DNA of 64,000 nucleotides from assembly GCF_009914755.1 (NCBI RefSeq), contig NC_060935.1, one strand, 5' to 3'. How positions within the stretch are numbered: the first letter of the stretch is position 1; every line of letters begins with the position of its first letter. The notes beneath the pieces are model-generated. The model worked only from the letters and a program-made list of their open reading frames with translations, did not search any database and was not told the origin of the DNA. Position numbers and translations under genes: made by a program. This document shows, in pieces, positions 32,200-45,235 of the stretch. This DNA comes from the human T2T-CHM13v2.0 reference genome, Homo sapiens.

Positions 32200-32930
32200 C
32201 TGGTGTTTGTCCTTTCCTAATTCTTGAGTAAGAGAAATTCAATTTTATTTGGGGCAGCAACATACCCTGCTAAAAGACTGTGGACTTCAGCAAATAATAA
32301 TGTGCCACGGTTGGTTCATCACTCGTAGCAAACGTACCTACTGACTTCTGAACCTCTCAGGAGTGGGGCCCTTCAGCAAGAGTAGACCTGGCCCCTCTTA
32401 GCCTCCCTGGGGTTCCTATCCCAAGATGTTAAGGACGCAGGACCCATTTCTCCCTTAAATCACTCTGGGAAGCCACGAATCATGGAGTCATAAAGTCTCA
32501 GGCTACTGGAGATTTTATTTTCCCAGACTCTCTTTTGGCCAGATGTGGCCACATAGTAGGTCCAGGCCAATGACCCATAAGCAGAAGTGCTGGGTGGGGT
32601 TCCAGGGACTCTCTCTCAAGGCAGCTAACTCAGATGGGAGCTGTGCTCCTTTCTTCCTTCTGCTGCCTGGAACTCAGATGTGATGGCTGAACTCCAGCAG
32701 TCAGGTTAGACCATGAGCTGTTCTCGGGAGGGGAAATGGCACACTAGGATGGTAGAGTTGAAAGACTGAAGAAGGAGCAAGGTCCCTGGTGCCTGTGAAG
32801 ACCCCATACAACCTCAGACTACTCACCTCCAGACTTCTTTTATGAGAAAGACAAAGAAACTTCTATGCTCTATAAGACACACTTACTTTGGACTTTCTAT
32901 TACAAGCAATCGAATGTACTCCTAGCTGAA
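32200..32930 (+). mobile_element. MaLR LTR (MLT1J-like) containing a ~240-bp foreign insertion
   Basis: ggggcagcaa..gctaaaagact | atttcccag...ggccaatga...gcagaagtg...ctgctgcctggaa...gtgatggctg. Confidence 0.75.
32277..32517. repeat. Locally templated insertion (inverted copy of 30479-30540 plus direct copy of 34155-34338)
   Basis: Pairwise similarity read by eye; 8 mismatches in 62 bp for the inverted part. Confidence 0.85.
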
Positions 32931-33086
32931 AGAGATGCAGTAGCAGAAGCAACCTCAGTCTCTGGAGACTCTCAATGCCTATGTAAGGTGCCATCGAGAA
33001 GTGAGGACATCTAGCATAGCCTTAGAATTCTCCCTTGGATCATGACTTCATAACTGTAAATGTCCAGTATAAGAGGTCCAAGTACT

Positions 33087-33216
33087 TTTTGTTTTTTATA
33101 GATGGGGTCTCACTATGTTGCCCAGGCTGGATTCAAACTCTTGGGCTCAAGGGATTCTCCCACCCGCAACCTCCCAAGTAGCTGGGACGACAGCTGCATG
33201 TCACCATGCCCAGCCC
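33087..33216 (-). mobile_element. Alu monomer (FLAM-like)
   Basis: Antisense single arm. Confidence 0.85.
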
Positions 33217-34473
33217 GAGTCTTTTAAAGACCACTTGTTGTGGGGTCTCCACTACAGACCTATAAAAGAAATGAGAGAGCACTTGCCCCACCTTTGCGGG
33301 AGTAGCTCCCTGAATGAGTGGACAGGTGCCAGCTAGCCCAGACAGGAGAAGAGCTGCACTCTGCAAAGTGTTGCCATAAAACCATGTCATAATATGTGAG
33401 ATGGGAAAAGCAATATGTCTACATCAAAGCATTTCATGTGATATGTACTTGTAAATGTGTGTATGTGCAACTAGATCAGTGAGTTGGACTAGGTAAGTAG
33501 ATGTCTCACAATTTCATATATGTCCCTGAAAGTTCATGTGTTCAGGCTCATTGCTCATTACTCAAACTCCTTTTGAAGCTTCTTTTTGGGAAAATAGGCA
33601 CCCACCACCATCTATTCAGGATCACCAGGTGTATTCGGCAAGCCTGGGCAATGGCTGTCTTGTAGAATAGGTGTGTATCCCCCTTGGATGACTGCAAAGA
33701 CTTGTTTTGTTAAAGAATATATTTGTTTAAAAAAGGAATCACATTATTTTATCATTAGTAGCATTTGATAAATCCTAATCATGTGGATAATTCTAATAAT
33801 ATATTCTAATCACATGGATTCTTATGATAGCCTAATGATAGTGATGATGACGTTCTAGTGATGAACCTAACAATCTATTCTAATTGTGCAGGTGTCCTGT
33901 TGTTATGAGATGCCCTGTGAAAGCATCCTCGATCACCCTTCTCACCTTGGGTTTTAACTTGACACCTGTCCCTAATGGGTCATTCATGGGTCTTTTATAA
34001 AATGGCCACTGATCACCTCCTGAAGTGGCTCTGACTAGGGTCAGATAACTCAGGCCCAATTTTCCCAGCATCTCAAGCCACGTGCTTTCACAAGCACGGT
34101 TTTGATAACATGTGCTGTAGGCATTGTCTGAACCCTGACATGATGGCCACACCAACTTCTGGACCTCTCGGGAGTGGGGTCCTTCAGCAAGAGTAGATCT
34201 GGCCCCAGTCAGCCTCCCTGAGGTTCCTACCCCATGACGTGAAGGACATGGGACCCATTTCTCCCTTAAATTGCTCTCTGAAGCCATGAGTGTTCCTCTT
34301 CACAGAGTCATAAAATCTCAGGCTACTGGAGATCTTATGAGACCATTTCTTTCATTGAAGGTCCTCCAAAAGAATGCTGCAGCTTCAGACACAGCCTATG
34401 CTCTGTCCATGCAATACAACCAAACTTACCAGGTGTGGAAAAAGTAAGCAAATAAGTGATCTGCTGCTTAGAT

Positions 34474-34870
34474 GGTGCTGCAGGTTGAACTGTGTCCCCC
34501 AAAAAGATATGTTGACGTTCTCATCTCTGGTACCCGTGAATAGGAACTTATTTGGAAACAGGCCCTTTGCATATGTAATTAGTTAAATTAAGATGAGGTC
34601 ATGCTGGAGTAAGGTGGGCCCTAATCCAATAACTGGTGTCCTTATAAGAAGATGAAACACAGACACAGAGGAGAAGCCCATGTGAAGAAGAGGCAGAGAC
34701 TGGAGCAATGCGGCCACAGTCGAGGAATGCCAGGAGCCCCCAGAAGTTGGAAGAGGTAGGAAGGATCCTCCCTGAGAACCTTCAGAAAGAGGCAATTGAC
34801 ACTTTGATTTTGAACTTCCAGTCTCCAGATCCACTAGAGAATAATTTTTTTGTTGTTTCATGCCACCAAG
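34474..34870 (+). mobile_element. MaLR LTR (MLT1B/C-like)
   Basis: ggttgaactgtgtcccccaaaaagatatgttga...ggccctaatccaat. Confidence 0.85.
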
Positions 34871-34879
34871 TAACTCTTA

Positions 34880-35257
34880 GTCCAAGGCCATAGCCCTGAG
34901 AACCTGGCACTGGCAGCGGGGGGTGGTGGGGGGGCACAGGTGTAAATCTTGGGTGTGAAGGTCCAAGTATTAACAGCAGGAGCTCTGATGTCAGAGGGAG
35001 GAGAAGAAGTGTGTCCCAGTTCCAAGAGAAAGAAGGAATTCACCTTTCCTCTGTCTTTTTGTTCTACCCAGGCCCTCAATGGATTGGATGGTGCCCACTC
35101 ACACTGCGTGACGGTCAATCTTCTTTACACAATCCACTGATTCCAACGCCAATGTCTTCTGGAAACACCTTCACAGACACACCCAGGAATAATGCTTTAC
35201 TACTGTCTGAGTATCCCTTAACCTGGTCAAGTGGACGCTTAAAAGTACCCACTACAT
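34880..35257 (-). mobile_element. MLT2-type ERVL LTR fragment
   Basis: ggattggatggtgcccac...cacagacacacccaggaataatg...ggtcaagtggac. Confidence 0.85.
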
Positions 35258-36689
35258 TGTTTAATTTATTACTAGGGATTTTATAATTTGGGTTGCTATT
35301 GTGAATGTCTTTATTTTGTATTATATTTCCTACGTGGCTCTGGTTGGTGTATAAGGAAGTTATTGATTTTTGTATAATTACTTTCTAACCAGCCACCTTC
35401 TGAATTATCCTGCAATACAGCCTAGTAAGTTTTCCGTGAGTGCTCTAGGATTTATACATAGATAAAATAATTATATTTTGTCTCCTCCTTACTAAAACTA
35501 CATCTCTGTAGGAACTTGTAGCAATAACAGCGAGGCATTCTGCCCTGTCTCTGACTCTAGTGGAAATGTGTTTAGTGGTCGGTCACTGAGTACAAAGGTG
35601 GTTGCTAGTTTCAAATGGATATTTTCATCATGGCAAGGAAGTATCCTGCTGGTCTTCACTTACTAAGAATTTCCTTTTCTTTTCAAATCAGAAATAAATA
35701 TTGAATTTTATAAAATGTCTCTTTGGAAATTATTCAAATGATAGCAGGGATTTTTCCTCCTTTTGGCCCATTAATGAGAGGAATTATTAGTAGATTGTCT
35801 AATACTGAGCCCTGCTCCCTTTCTTTGAATAAAACCTGACTGTTTATGCTCTATGCCTTCAAATATTCTGTTGGACTTTGCATTATTTTATTTGAAATCT
35901 TATGTTGTGAATTTATGAATCTATGTTTACAAATTAGGTATGTCTGCAGTTTTCTGTGGTGTGAATAGTGAAACTCTTCATCCTGTTTTTCAGTAAGAGT
36001 GGTCTACATCGTATAGGGATGACTGATAACTTGAGGGCTTGATGGAATTCAGCCTTCTTGGAGGACAATTCTTTGATAACTTTTCAATTTCTCCTATGGA
36101 TGTTTGTCTTTTCAGGTTTTCAACCCCTCCTTAATTCAGAAATTTTGCCAGTTGTATTTTTCTAGGCAATAGTAGCCACATCATAGGCACCCAGTAAACA
36201 TGAAGCCATTTATCAGCCGTGGGTCTTCCACAGCTTCTTTGTAATTGTGTAAATTCTCCACCTCTGTGGCAGAGTCCCTGTTCTCGTTCTTATTTGTTCT
36301 CCTTTTTTATTCCTTAATAATGAAAGCATTTAATATGCCTCTAAATTCAACCTTGACCACATCCCATAAATTTGGATGTCTGTAATTTCAGTTTTTACTT
36401 CTGCTTTGACCTAATTTAGAAGAGTGCTTTTTAAAACCACATGGTTGGGTTGTAAATTTCTGATTTTATTGCTTTGGTATCATAGAGTGTGATTTATATA
36501 AACATAAAACTGTTACAATAAGAGCCAGAAAATGTGCATTCTCAATTGGTAAGGTAATAAACACACACACATAAAGGCGTTTATTAATTATAATTTTACC
36601 TATTTTAGTTACGACTATGTTGTATACTCTATTTTTTGCCTATTGCATAGGCCAAAGACTGAGAGAAGTATGTTCAAGATATCTTTAGC

Positions 36690-37007
36690 ACAGGCCCACA
36701 AGCGCTTACCCTATCCACTGGAGCAGGCTATAAATCAAAACTCAGAGTGTTCTAGTTTTTAGAAAAGTAATATAGGGCATTCTATGTAAAGCCCCCAGAC
36801 AGATCAGAGGCAGGACCCCATAATCAAATCCAGTGATGTTTCTTCAGTGAAATACACAAATATCCACACTGAGTGAGATAAGACTATAAATAGCCTCCTA
36901 ACAGTTCAAGTCCAGTTTCACTCCCTAGCTAAGGTCAGGCTTAAGAAAAGGTTTTGCCTTTCATAGTTTTTTGAAAATCAAATGATGAAAAGAAGATTTG
37001 GGGCCTC
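36690..37007. mobile_element. Tigger-family MITE (MER46C-like)
   Basis: caggcccacaa terminus; aagactataaatagcctc; ...ttggggcct end. Confidence 0.6.
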
Positions 37008-37149
37008 GATGGATTTCTCTCCATTTCTCCCTATATTTCTAACCATGTTTACATTATATATATTTAGGGCATAATTATCTATCACCAAGAAACTTAAGTC
37101 AGTATATCTTTATTTTGAATTTTATCATCCATAAACATAGCCAATAATA

Positions 37150-37272
37150 AGCACCTATAGTCCTAGCTACTTGGGAGACTGAGGCAGGAGGAGCACTCGA
37201 GCCCAGGAGTTCAAGTCGAGCCTGGGCAAGACCTGTCTCAAAATAAATAAATAAATAAATAAAAGTAAAAAT
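37150..37272 (+). mobile_element. Alu monomer fragment
   Basis: cctatagtcctagctacttgggag...(AAAT)n tail. Confidence 0.85.
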
Positions 37273-37343
37273 AAAATTACCTTCTTTGTTCTGCTTCTGT
37301 TTTTTTCTATTGAATTTTACTTGGGCCAATGTTAATATTGTGA

Positions 37344-37643
<300 letters not shown>

Positions 37644-37894
37644 CCTTCTTTCTTTGTATTTGCATTTATTTAGTATGTATTTACCTACATATTTTTTCAC
37701 CTTTTGAGCAACTATGTTTTAGGGGTATCACCTGGAAATGGCACATAATTGAATTTTAGAGTCTTTTTAATAAAAGAGTATATCCCATTTACATTTATTA
37801 TTATAACCCAGATATTCAGCCCTATTTTGTCTCTTTAGTCAATGATTGTGTGTACATTTCTTTTTGTTTATTTTGTTTTCTGTCTTTGATATGT

Positions 37895-38252
37895 TGTATT
37901 AGCCTGTTTTCACACTGCTATAAAAAAACTACCTGACAGTGGGTGATTTATAAAGAAAAGAGGTTTAATTGATTCACAGTCATGCATGGCTGGGAGGCCT
38001 CAGGAAACTTACAATTATGGCAGAAGGTGAAGGCAAGGCATGTCTTACTTGGTGGCAGGAAAGAGACTGTGCAAGGGAGGAACCGCCACACACTTTTAAA
38101 CCATCAGATCTCAAGAGAAACTCACTATCACCAGAACAACATGGGGAAAACACCCCGATGATCCAATCACCTTCCACCAGGTCCCTCCCTTGACATGTGG
38201 GGATTACAATTTGAGATGAGATTTGGGTGGGGACACAGAGCCAAACTATATC
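37895..38252 (-). mobile_element. MaLR LTR (MSTA-like)
   Basis: gaggcctcaggaaacttacaattatggcagaagg...gagatttgggtggggacacagagccaaac. Confidence 0.9.
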
Positions 38253-38268
38253 TTATGTTGAATATACA

Positions 38269-38349
38269 TTAAGTTGAACCCTATGAAATTGCCTATATTG
38301 AGCTGTTTTAGACTTATAAAAATGGCAATTTCATAGGATTTAACCCAAT
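38269..38349. mobile_element. MADE2 mariner MITE (palindromic, ~80 bp)
   Basis: ttaagttgaaccctatgaaattgcc ... ggcaatttcataggatttaacccaa inverted ends. Confidence 0.85.
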
Positions 38350-38933
38350 CAGTCTCTTGATCTTTATTTGGGTGTGGGGGATTCTGCAATAGAACATTTT
38401 CAGACTGTGATCCTCATCTTTTAGATACTGTTCTGTTTCTCCTGTTTTGCCCCTTATTGGTGGTTTTTTGTTTGTTTATTTGTTTGTTGTTTGTTTTCTG
38501 GATGTTTGTTTGTTGGTTGGTTGGTTTACTGGTTTGCTTCCTTTTTAAAATCCCTGAACAAAGCAAGATCTGTAAAGGCATCATGTTTTTAAATGATCAG
38601 GCAAATAATTGTATTCGGTGGATTTCCTTTCTCAGCTCCCAAACAGGGAAGCAAATGAGGTGATCAATTCCCAGTCTAATTCCCAGTTTCTTTGGCAGAC
38701 CTTACCTAGTGCACTGCTCTCTGTGGGTTTAAATTTTTGTCTGTTCTTCTCTGATGTTGACATGAAGCTGTCTCTCAGTGCCATCTCTGGTATCATATAC
38801 TTTATGGTTCAGTGTCTGTGGGGACATTTCATTGGAACTTGGAGAATTGTCTGTGGTTGGTGGTCTGTACCAGTTAGCCAATTCATATCCCACCAGCCTA
38901 TGTCATCATGTCCCATTTAAAGTTTTGTTCTTA

Positions 38934-39232
38934 GGCTAGGCACGGTGGCTCATGCCTGTGATCGCAACACTTAGGGAGGCTGAGGAGGGAGGACTGCTTA
39001 AAGCTAGAAGTTCAAGACCAGCCTGGGCAACATAGCAAGACCCCATCTCCACAAAAAATCAGCCAGGTACAGTGGCATGCACCTATAGTTCCAGCTATTC
39101 AAGAGGCTGAGGTGGGAGGATCTGCTTAAACCCAGAAGTCCAAGGCCGCAGTAAGCTATGATGGCATCACTGCACTCAGCTTGGGCAACAAAGCAAGACA
39201 CTGACTCAATAACAATAATAATAATAATAATA
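38934..39232 (+). mobile_element. Alu (AluJ)
   Basis: Dimer with (AAT)n tail. Confidence 0.9.
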
Positions 39233-39471
39233 AAGTGTGGTTCTTTGGCGTCATCTTGAAATTTTAACATATGCACATAAACATGAAATGCTGAAAGTAA
39301 AGGAGGCAGAAAGAAGCCCTTAACAAAAGCCGAAGGCAGATGGCTTCCTCCAGACACATAAAATAGAATTTAATCTCTCAGTCTCACAATGAGGAAACTT
39401 CCCTTGCAACAAGTCAGGGTGATATTCCTAGCAAATACTCTGAAAAATTGTGACATCTGGTTTTAGCCTTA

Positions 39472-39651
<180 letters not shown>

Positions 39652-39785
39652 TTAAGAAACTGCAGTGTTTCCCACTGCTGGGGCACTGTGGCCAGACTCC
39701 TTAGTGGAGCCCTAAGGGACCCTCCTGAATGGCCCACCAGCCCCTACAGCTCTTCTAACTCTTCTCTGAGGAAGAGTTACAGCTA

Positions 39786-40092
39786 TTTTATTTTATTTTA
39801 TTTATTTTATTTGAGATGGAGTCTCACTCTGCCGCCCAGGCTGGAGTGCAATGGGGTGAACTCGGCTCACCACAACCTCTGCCTCCCAGGTTCCAGTGAT
39901 TCTCCTGCCTCAACCTCCTGAGTAGCTGGGACTACAGGTGCGTGCCATCATGCCAACTAATTTTTGTATTTTTTTAGTACAGACAGAGTTTTGCCATGTT
40001 GGCGAGGCTGGTCTCGAACTCCTGACCTCTGGTGATCCACCCGTCTCGGCCTCCCAAAGTGCTGGGATTACAGGCATGAGCCACCATGCCCG
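39786..40092 (-). mobile_element. Alu (AluS)
   Basis: Antisense dimer; TSD agttacagctatttta/agttacagccatttta. Confidence 0.95.
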
Positions 40093-40429
40093 ATCCAGTT
40101 ACAGCCATTTTAACCCCAGCCCTCCCCACTGTCCCTGGCTGTCGCTTTTCATGGGCTCCATTGCTTCCAGAAGCCTGGCCAATCCACCGGAAGGCCATCC
40201 TCCCACCTAGCCTCCTCCCTGTTTTCCTGCTAAAACCCAAAGCATCCCTGGGCACCTGCCCCTGTGTCTGGTGAAGCCCTCCCTGACATCCCAGGCAGTC
40301 TTCTGGATCCCCTCAGCATCTGTTTCCCCATACAGCAGGTGCCACATGGTACTCCAAGCCATGGCTTCATGCCTTCAACAGCATCATCACCCTGAGCTTC
40401 CAAGGACGTACCCATGCACCTGTTGTCTT

Positions 40430-40650
40430 GAGGAGGCAACGTGGCACAGAGCACGGATTTGGGCTCAGACTTCCCAGACACACACCCTTGGGCAAGTTAC
40501 TTCACCTCCCCAAGTCTACTTTCCCCATCTACAGGTTGAGGTCTCAATAGCACCTGCCTCATTCTGCAGACCCAATGGGCGTGTGTTTGTGACATGCCTC
40601 CCAGTAGCGCCTGTGACAGAGAATGAGCATGTGTTTTGGTTGTTGCCATG
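40430..40650 (+). mobile_element. MIR
   Basis: cccttgggcaagttacttcacctc. Confidence 0.65.
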
Positions 40651-41539
40651 ATTGTACTGTTATTCTCAACACCTTTGTCAGCCCAAAGTCAAAAACAGTG
40701 CCTGACACAGGTCAGAGGAATGTCTGTGCTCTGGACAGTGGAGCCACATTCTCTCCCCTTGTTTTATCTGATGTTTCATTCATCCTTTTGACTCATCCTC
40801 ACATCCTGTCTTGCCAGGACACATGGGCAAGGGCTGGGTCTGGGCTAAGAGATGCAGCTTCCAAAAAGATGGGTCTGAAACTATTGTGGCCTGATGGCTT
40901 GCTTGATTTTTAAAGCTGTTTGCAAAGCTACAGCAAACTACATATGGGCAACATACACCCTCTCCCTCCCTGCTGTGGTTATCAGCCGGGAACTGCCACC
41001 TCCCTGCCGTTCTTGGTTTCCCAAAACTTCCTTTGCATCCCGATCACATATTTTTGTTTTCCTCCAGAAATCAGCAAAGCACCAAAAAACACAACTCGAC
41101 AGAAAACCCGGCCGAATTTTGATTTTTAAAAATTGCAAATAGCTCCTTTCCCTTCTATTCCCTCAAATAACTAACCAGGGACAGGCCATGCTTCCTCTGA
41201 TCCTATTCAGGAAATGAATTTTGATGACCAGACTTACGTGGATGTGTGGTATGTTTCCCCATCTGTGGGAGTTCTCTAGCCATGGACACTTTTTCCAGTC
41301 CTATAAAGAGCTTGCTGGAACTGGACACAGGATAGTTGAGTCAAGTTCCTCAAGTCAGTTCTGGATCTTCGATTGACGAGTTCAAGTTCTCTGCATGACC
41401 CAAGGCTGAATCATCTGCAGTTCGGCCTCTGCCCAGTAGAGTGAACTTAGGTACTGTAGAGCAGCTACATAATTTTTATAATAAAGTCCATCCACCAGGA
41501 CAACGCATGGCTGGCCTAGGATTATGGACCCAGTGGAAT

Positions 41540-43940
41540 GTTTGTGGATCCCTACTATATAAAAAGCTCTTGAAAAGCAATGAAGAAAAGGAGAGAAACC
41601 TGTTGGAAAACTATGGGAAAGACATGAGCAGGCAATTCAAAGAGAAGGAAATTCAGTTACCAGTAAAAATATAAAAAAGCGCCCAACCTCATAACTGGTT
41701 TAAAAACTGTGCATTTTTTAAACCAATAATATAATAATTTTGAGTTTTGTTTTTGCTTTGTCTGTCAGATTGGCGAAGACAAAAAAGGTTGAAAATACCC
41801 AATGTCACTATTGGAGAGAGCACAAATTGATTCAGCCTCCATGGGAGGGATAGGGACTATAAGGACCTATTGATCACATTTTAAATTGTGGCTGATCTTT
41901 GATAGCAACTATGCATCTATGAATTAGCTTAACTGAAAAACCCGTGTAAGTGTACAAGCATAGATAGGAAGGATATTCATTATGGCATTGTTTTTAATGG
42001 CAAATTTTAGGACCTTCAACCCCAAAAAGGAACCAGGCCCAGGAGGTTCACAGGGAATAGCTCCTAAACCTTTCATCCCAATGCTGTTTAAAACTTGAGC
42101 ATACAACAAGGAAGAAAATTTTTTTAATTATTTTTATAAAGCAAGTATAACATTGATACCAAAACTTGATGGGAGCTTTGGATAAAATTTCTTATAAATA
42201 TCAAGGGGAAAATCCAAAGTAAAATATAAACAAATAGAATTCAGAAGCACATGAAAAGAAGACTACATTCACACTGGGAAATATGTTAATAAAATTGATT
42301 GTATTAATTGACTTCAGGGGAGGTAATCAAATGATTGTTTCCATAGTTGAAAAACATTTGAAAAATTCCTGGTTAAACACTCAATAAAAAAGAATAGATG
42401 GAACTATCTTTAATCTAACAAAATATTTCCATCTCAGCCAGCTTCCTCTTAATACAAGAAACATGAAAGGTATTGCCACTAAGACAGCAACAATCATTAT
42501 CAACACTGTTATTTAATTGTTGCAGAATTACTAGCAAATACAACCAGAAAAGGCAAATAAATTCAAAGTATAAAAATGGAAAAGAAGAAAAAGTCTTAGT
42601 ATTTGCAGGTGATATCCTTATATTCCTGGAAAACCCCCCAAAATACATTGAAAGGCTATTATAAGCAATCAAATGCATCACTAAGGGAGCAGACTATATT
42701 AAAAAATCAGTAGCTTTCACACACACACACGTGCACACACACACACCACACACAATCCAGAATCTGCTTCTCAGTTAATTTTTTTAAAAGATAAAATGAT
42801 AGGAATAAGCATAAAAGGAATTTTTAAGATCTCTATCTTTTAAAACTCTTAAGAACTATTGAAGAACACAAAGGAAAATAAACAATTGGAAAAACAACCC
42901 AAATTCTAGAAGCCAATTCTCACTGTTAATTTTCAAAGTCAACTTGACCCCATTGAAAATACAAATAGCTTCTTTTTCTCTAACCAGACAAAGCAATGGT
43001 AAAATTCATGTGGAAAAATAAATAAGATAGCCAGGAAAACCCTGAAAAAGAAGAGGAGAAAAGAGTATGATAATCTTGGCAGATATTTAAACATATTATA
43101 AAGCATCAGTCCATCAATGATAGACTGGATTAAGAAAATGTGGCACATATACACCATGGAATACTATGCAGCCATAAAAAAGGATGAGTTCATGTCCTTT
43201 GTAGTGACATGGATGAAGCTGGAAACCATCATTCTGAGCAAACTATCTCAAGGACAGAAAACCAAACACCACATGTTCTCACTCATAGCTGGGAATTGAA
43301 CAATGAGAACACTTGGACCCAGGGTTGGGAACATCACACTCCGGGGCCTGTCGTGGGGTGGGGGAAGAGGGGAGGGATAGCATTAGGAGATATACTTAAT
43401 ATAAATGACGAGTTAATGGGTGTAGCACATCAACATGGCACCTGTATACATATGTAACAAACCTGCACGTTGTGCACATGTACCCTAGAACTTAAAGTAT
43501 AATTTAAAAAAAAAAGAAAAAAAAAGCATCAGTCATTAAAACAGTATGATACCAGAAATAAACAGACCACTGACAAGGTATAAAAAGTTCAGATAGACTC
43601 AGAATACACATGACACTTCAGTACGTGGAAAAGAGGGCATCTTAACCAATGGGGAAGAGATGGCCACAAATGGTGTTAGGACAATCAGGGACCTCGTCAC
43701 ATAGCTCAGATGAATTCCACATCGATCAAAGGTTCAAATGAGAAAAGTAAAGGAAAAAAATTATAAAAGTGCTACAAGAAAACATGAAAGAATTATTTTA
43801 CAGCTAGACAATGGGGAAGGCCTTTAAATTATGACTAAAAATATAAAAGGGATAAAAAAGTTTAAATTACATGAAAACAAAAATCTCTCACATGTTAAAA
43901 AAAAAAAGCACCATAAGAAAAACCAAAAAGCAAGACTAAT
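41540..43940 (+). mobile_element. Old L1 (L1ME/M4) remnants
   Basis: aaagacatgagcaggcaattca; aggcccaggaggttcacaggg; tttgcaggtgatat; aaaattcatgtggaa. Confidence 0.75.
43112..43522 (+). mobile_element. L1PA (about PA4-PA6) 3' end, 5'-truncated
   Basis: ORF2 C-terminus WIKKMWHIYTMEYYAAIKKDEFMSF, 3'UTR and poly(A); TSD aaagcatcagtc. Confidence 0.95.
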
Positions 43941-43958
43941 TGAAATCTTTAGGGTAGG

Positions 43959-44269
43959 CCCTAATCCAATAAAACTGGTGTCCTCACAAGAAGAGAAGAT
44001 TAAGATGCAATTTCAATTTATGAAGCCTACACTGTGGTTATCCAACTGTCTATAAATGTTGTCAATTTTGATGGTGTAAAGTTAAAAGTACAGTTAGGAA
44101 GGGGAAAAGAAAATGACCCTAATCCAATATAACTGGTATCCTTATAAGAGGAGATTCAGACACAGTTTCAATTTCTGAAGCCTGAACTGTGGTTAGCCAA
44201 CTATCTATAAATGTCCATTTTGATGGTGTAAAGTTTAAAGTACAGTCAGGAAGGGGGAAGAGAAAATGA
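43959..44269 (+). repeat. Tandem duplication, 2 x ~155 bp, starting with an MLT1A-like fragment
   Basis: ccctaatccaat...ttttgatggtgtaaagt..aaagtacagt.aggaagggg..agaaaatga at 43959 and 44117. Confidence 0.9.
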
Positions 44270-44278
44270 GGAGATGTA

Positions 44279-44660
44279 TGTTATAGACTGAATGTTTGTG
44301 TCCCTCCAGGATTCATATGTTAAAGCCTGACAGTATGGCTGTATTTGGAGATGGGGCCTCTAAGTAAGTGACTAGGGTTAAATGAGGTCAGAAAGGTGGG
44401 GCCCTGATCTATTAAGATTGTTGTTCTTATAAGAAGAGACACCAGAGAGCTCCCTCTCTCTCTCTCCATCTTCCCCCTCTGCCAGCCACATGAGGACACA
44501 GCAAGAAGGCTGCAGTCTGCAAGCCAGGAAGAGAGCCCTCACCAGCAACCAACCCTGCCACCTTGATTTGGAACTTCCAGCCTCCAGGACTGTGAAACAA
44601 TAAATTCTTGTTCTTTAGGCCAACCAGTCTGTGATATTTTGTTAGGGCAGCCATAAGCAT
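44279..44660 (+). mobile_element. MaLR LTR (MLT1A-like)
   Basis: tgttatagactgaatgtttgtgtccc...aagccaggaagagagccctcacc. Confidence 0.9.
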
Positions 44661-44947
44661 CTCACAGAATGGTGAATGGAAAGACGCCACCAGACCTTGC
44701 TGTGTCCTGTTCACGTATCATCGTGTATATAGATGTGGATATAATTCACTTACAATATCCCACCATCTCCTCCTGAAACAGTGAGATCAGATTTCATTTC
44801 CTCTGTGAGGCTCATTTTTGATTCAGTGATATCACTGTCATAAGATTGAAACAGGCTCTTAGGATTTTAGAACTATAAGAAATGTTCACCATTATCCCAG
44901 GCAACCTATCAAATCATGCTGACGGGGAGGATCTTGCTGATGGGGAG

Positions 44948-45235
44948 TGTTAGGGTTCAGTCATGCTCCCCCAAAATGAACATGTTGAAGTCCTAACCCC
45001 CAGAGCCTCAGAACTGACCCCAATTGCCCAGTGACTGCAGTTGGACATGAGGTCTTCACAGAGGTGATTAAGGTAAAATGAGGTCAGATGGGGGAGTCCT
45101 AATCCAATCTGACTTGTGTCCTTATAAGAAAAGGAGATGAGGCCACAGATATGCACAGAGGATGATCACGTGAGGACACAGGGAGAATGCGTGTCTACAA
45201 GCCGGAGAGAGACCTCAGGAGAAACCAGACCTTGA
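44948..45235 (+). mobile_element. MaLR LTR fragment (MLT1A/B-like)
   Basis: catgttgaagtcctaacccc...cctaatccaatctgac. Confidence 0.85.

Noticed and set aside
33838-33870. Box C-like GTGATGA motifs (snoRNA)
   Set aside because: No suitably placed box D (CTGA) or terminal stem.
43117-43299. 60-aa ORF
   Set aside because: C-terminus of L1 ORF2 in a 5'-truncated L1PA copy.
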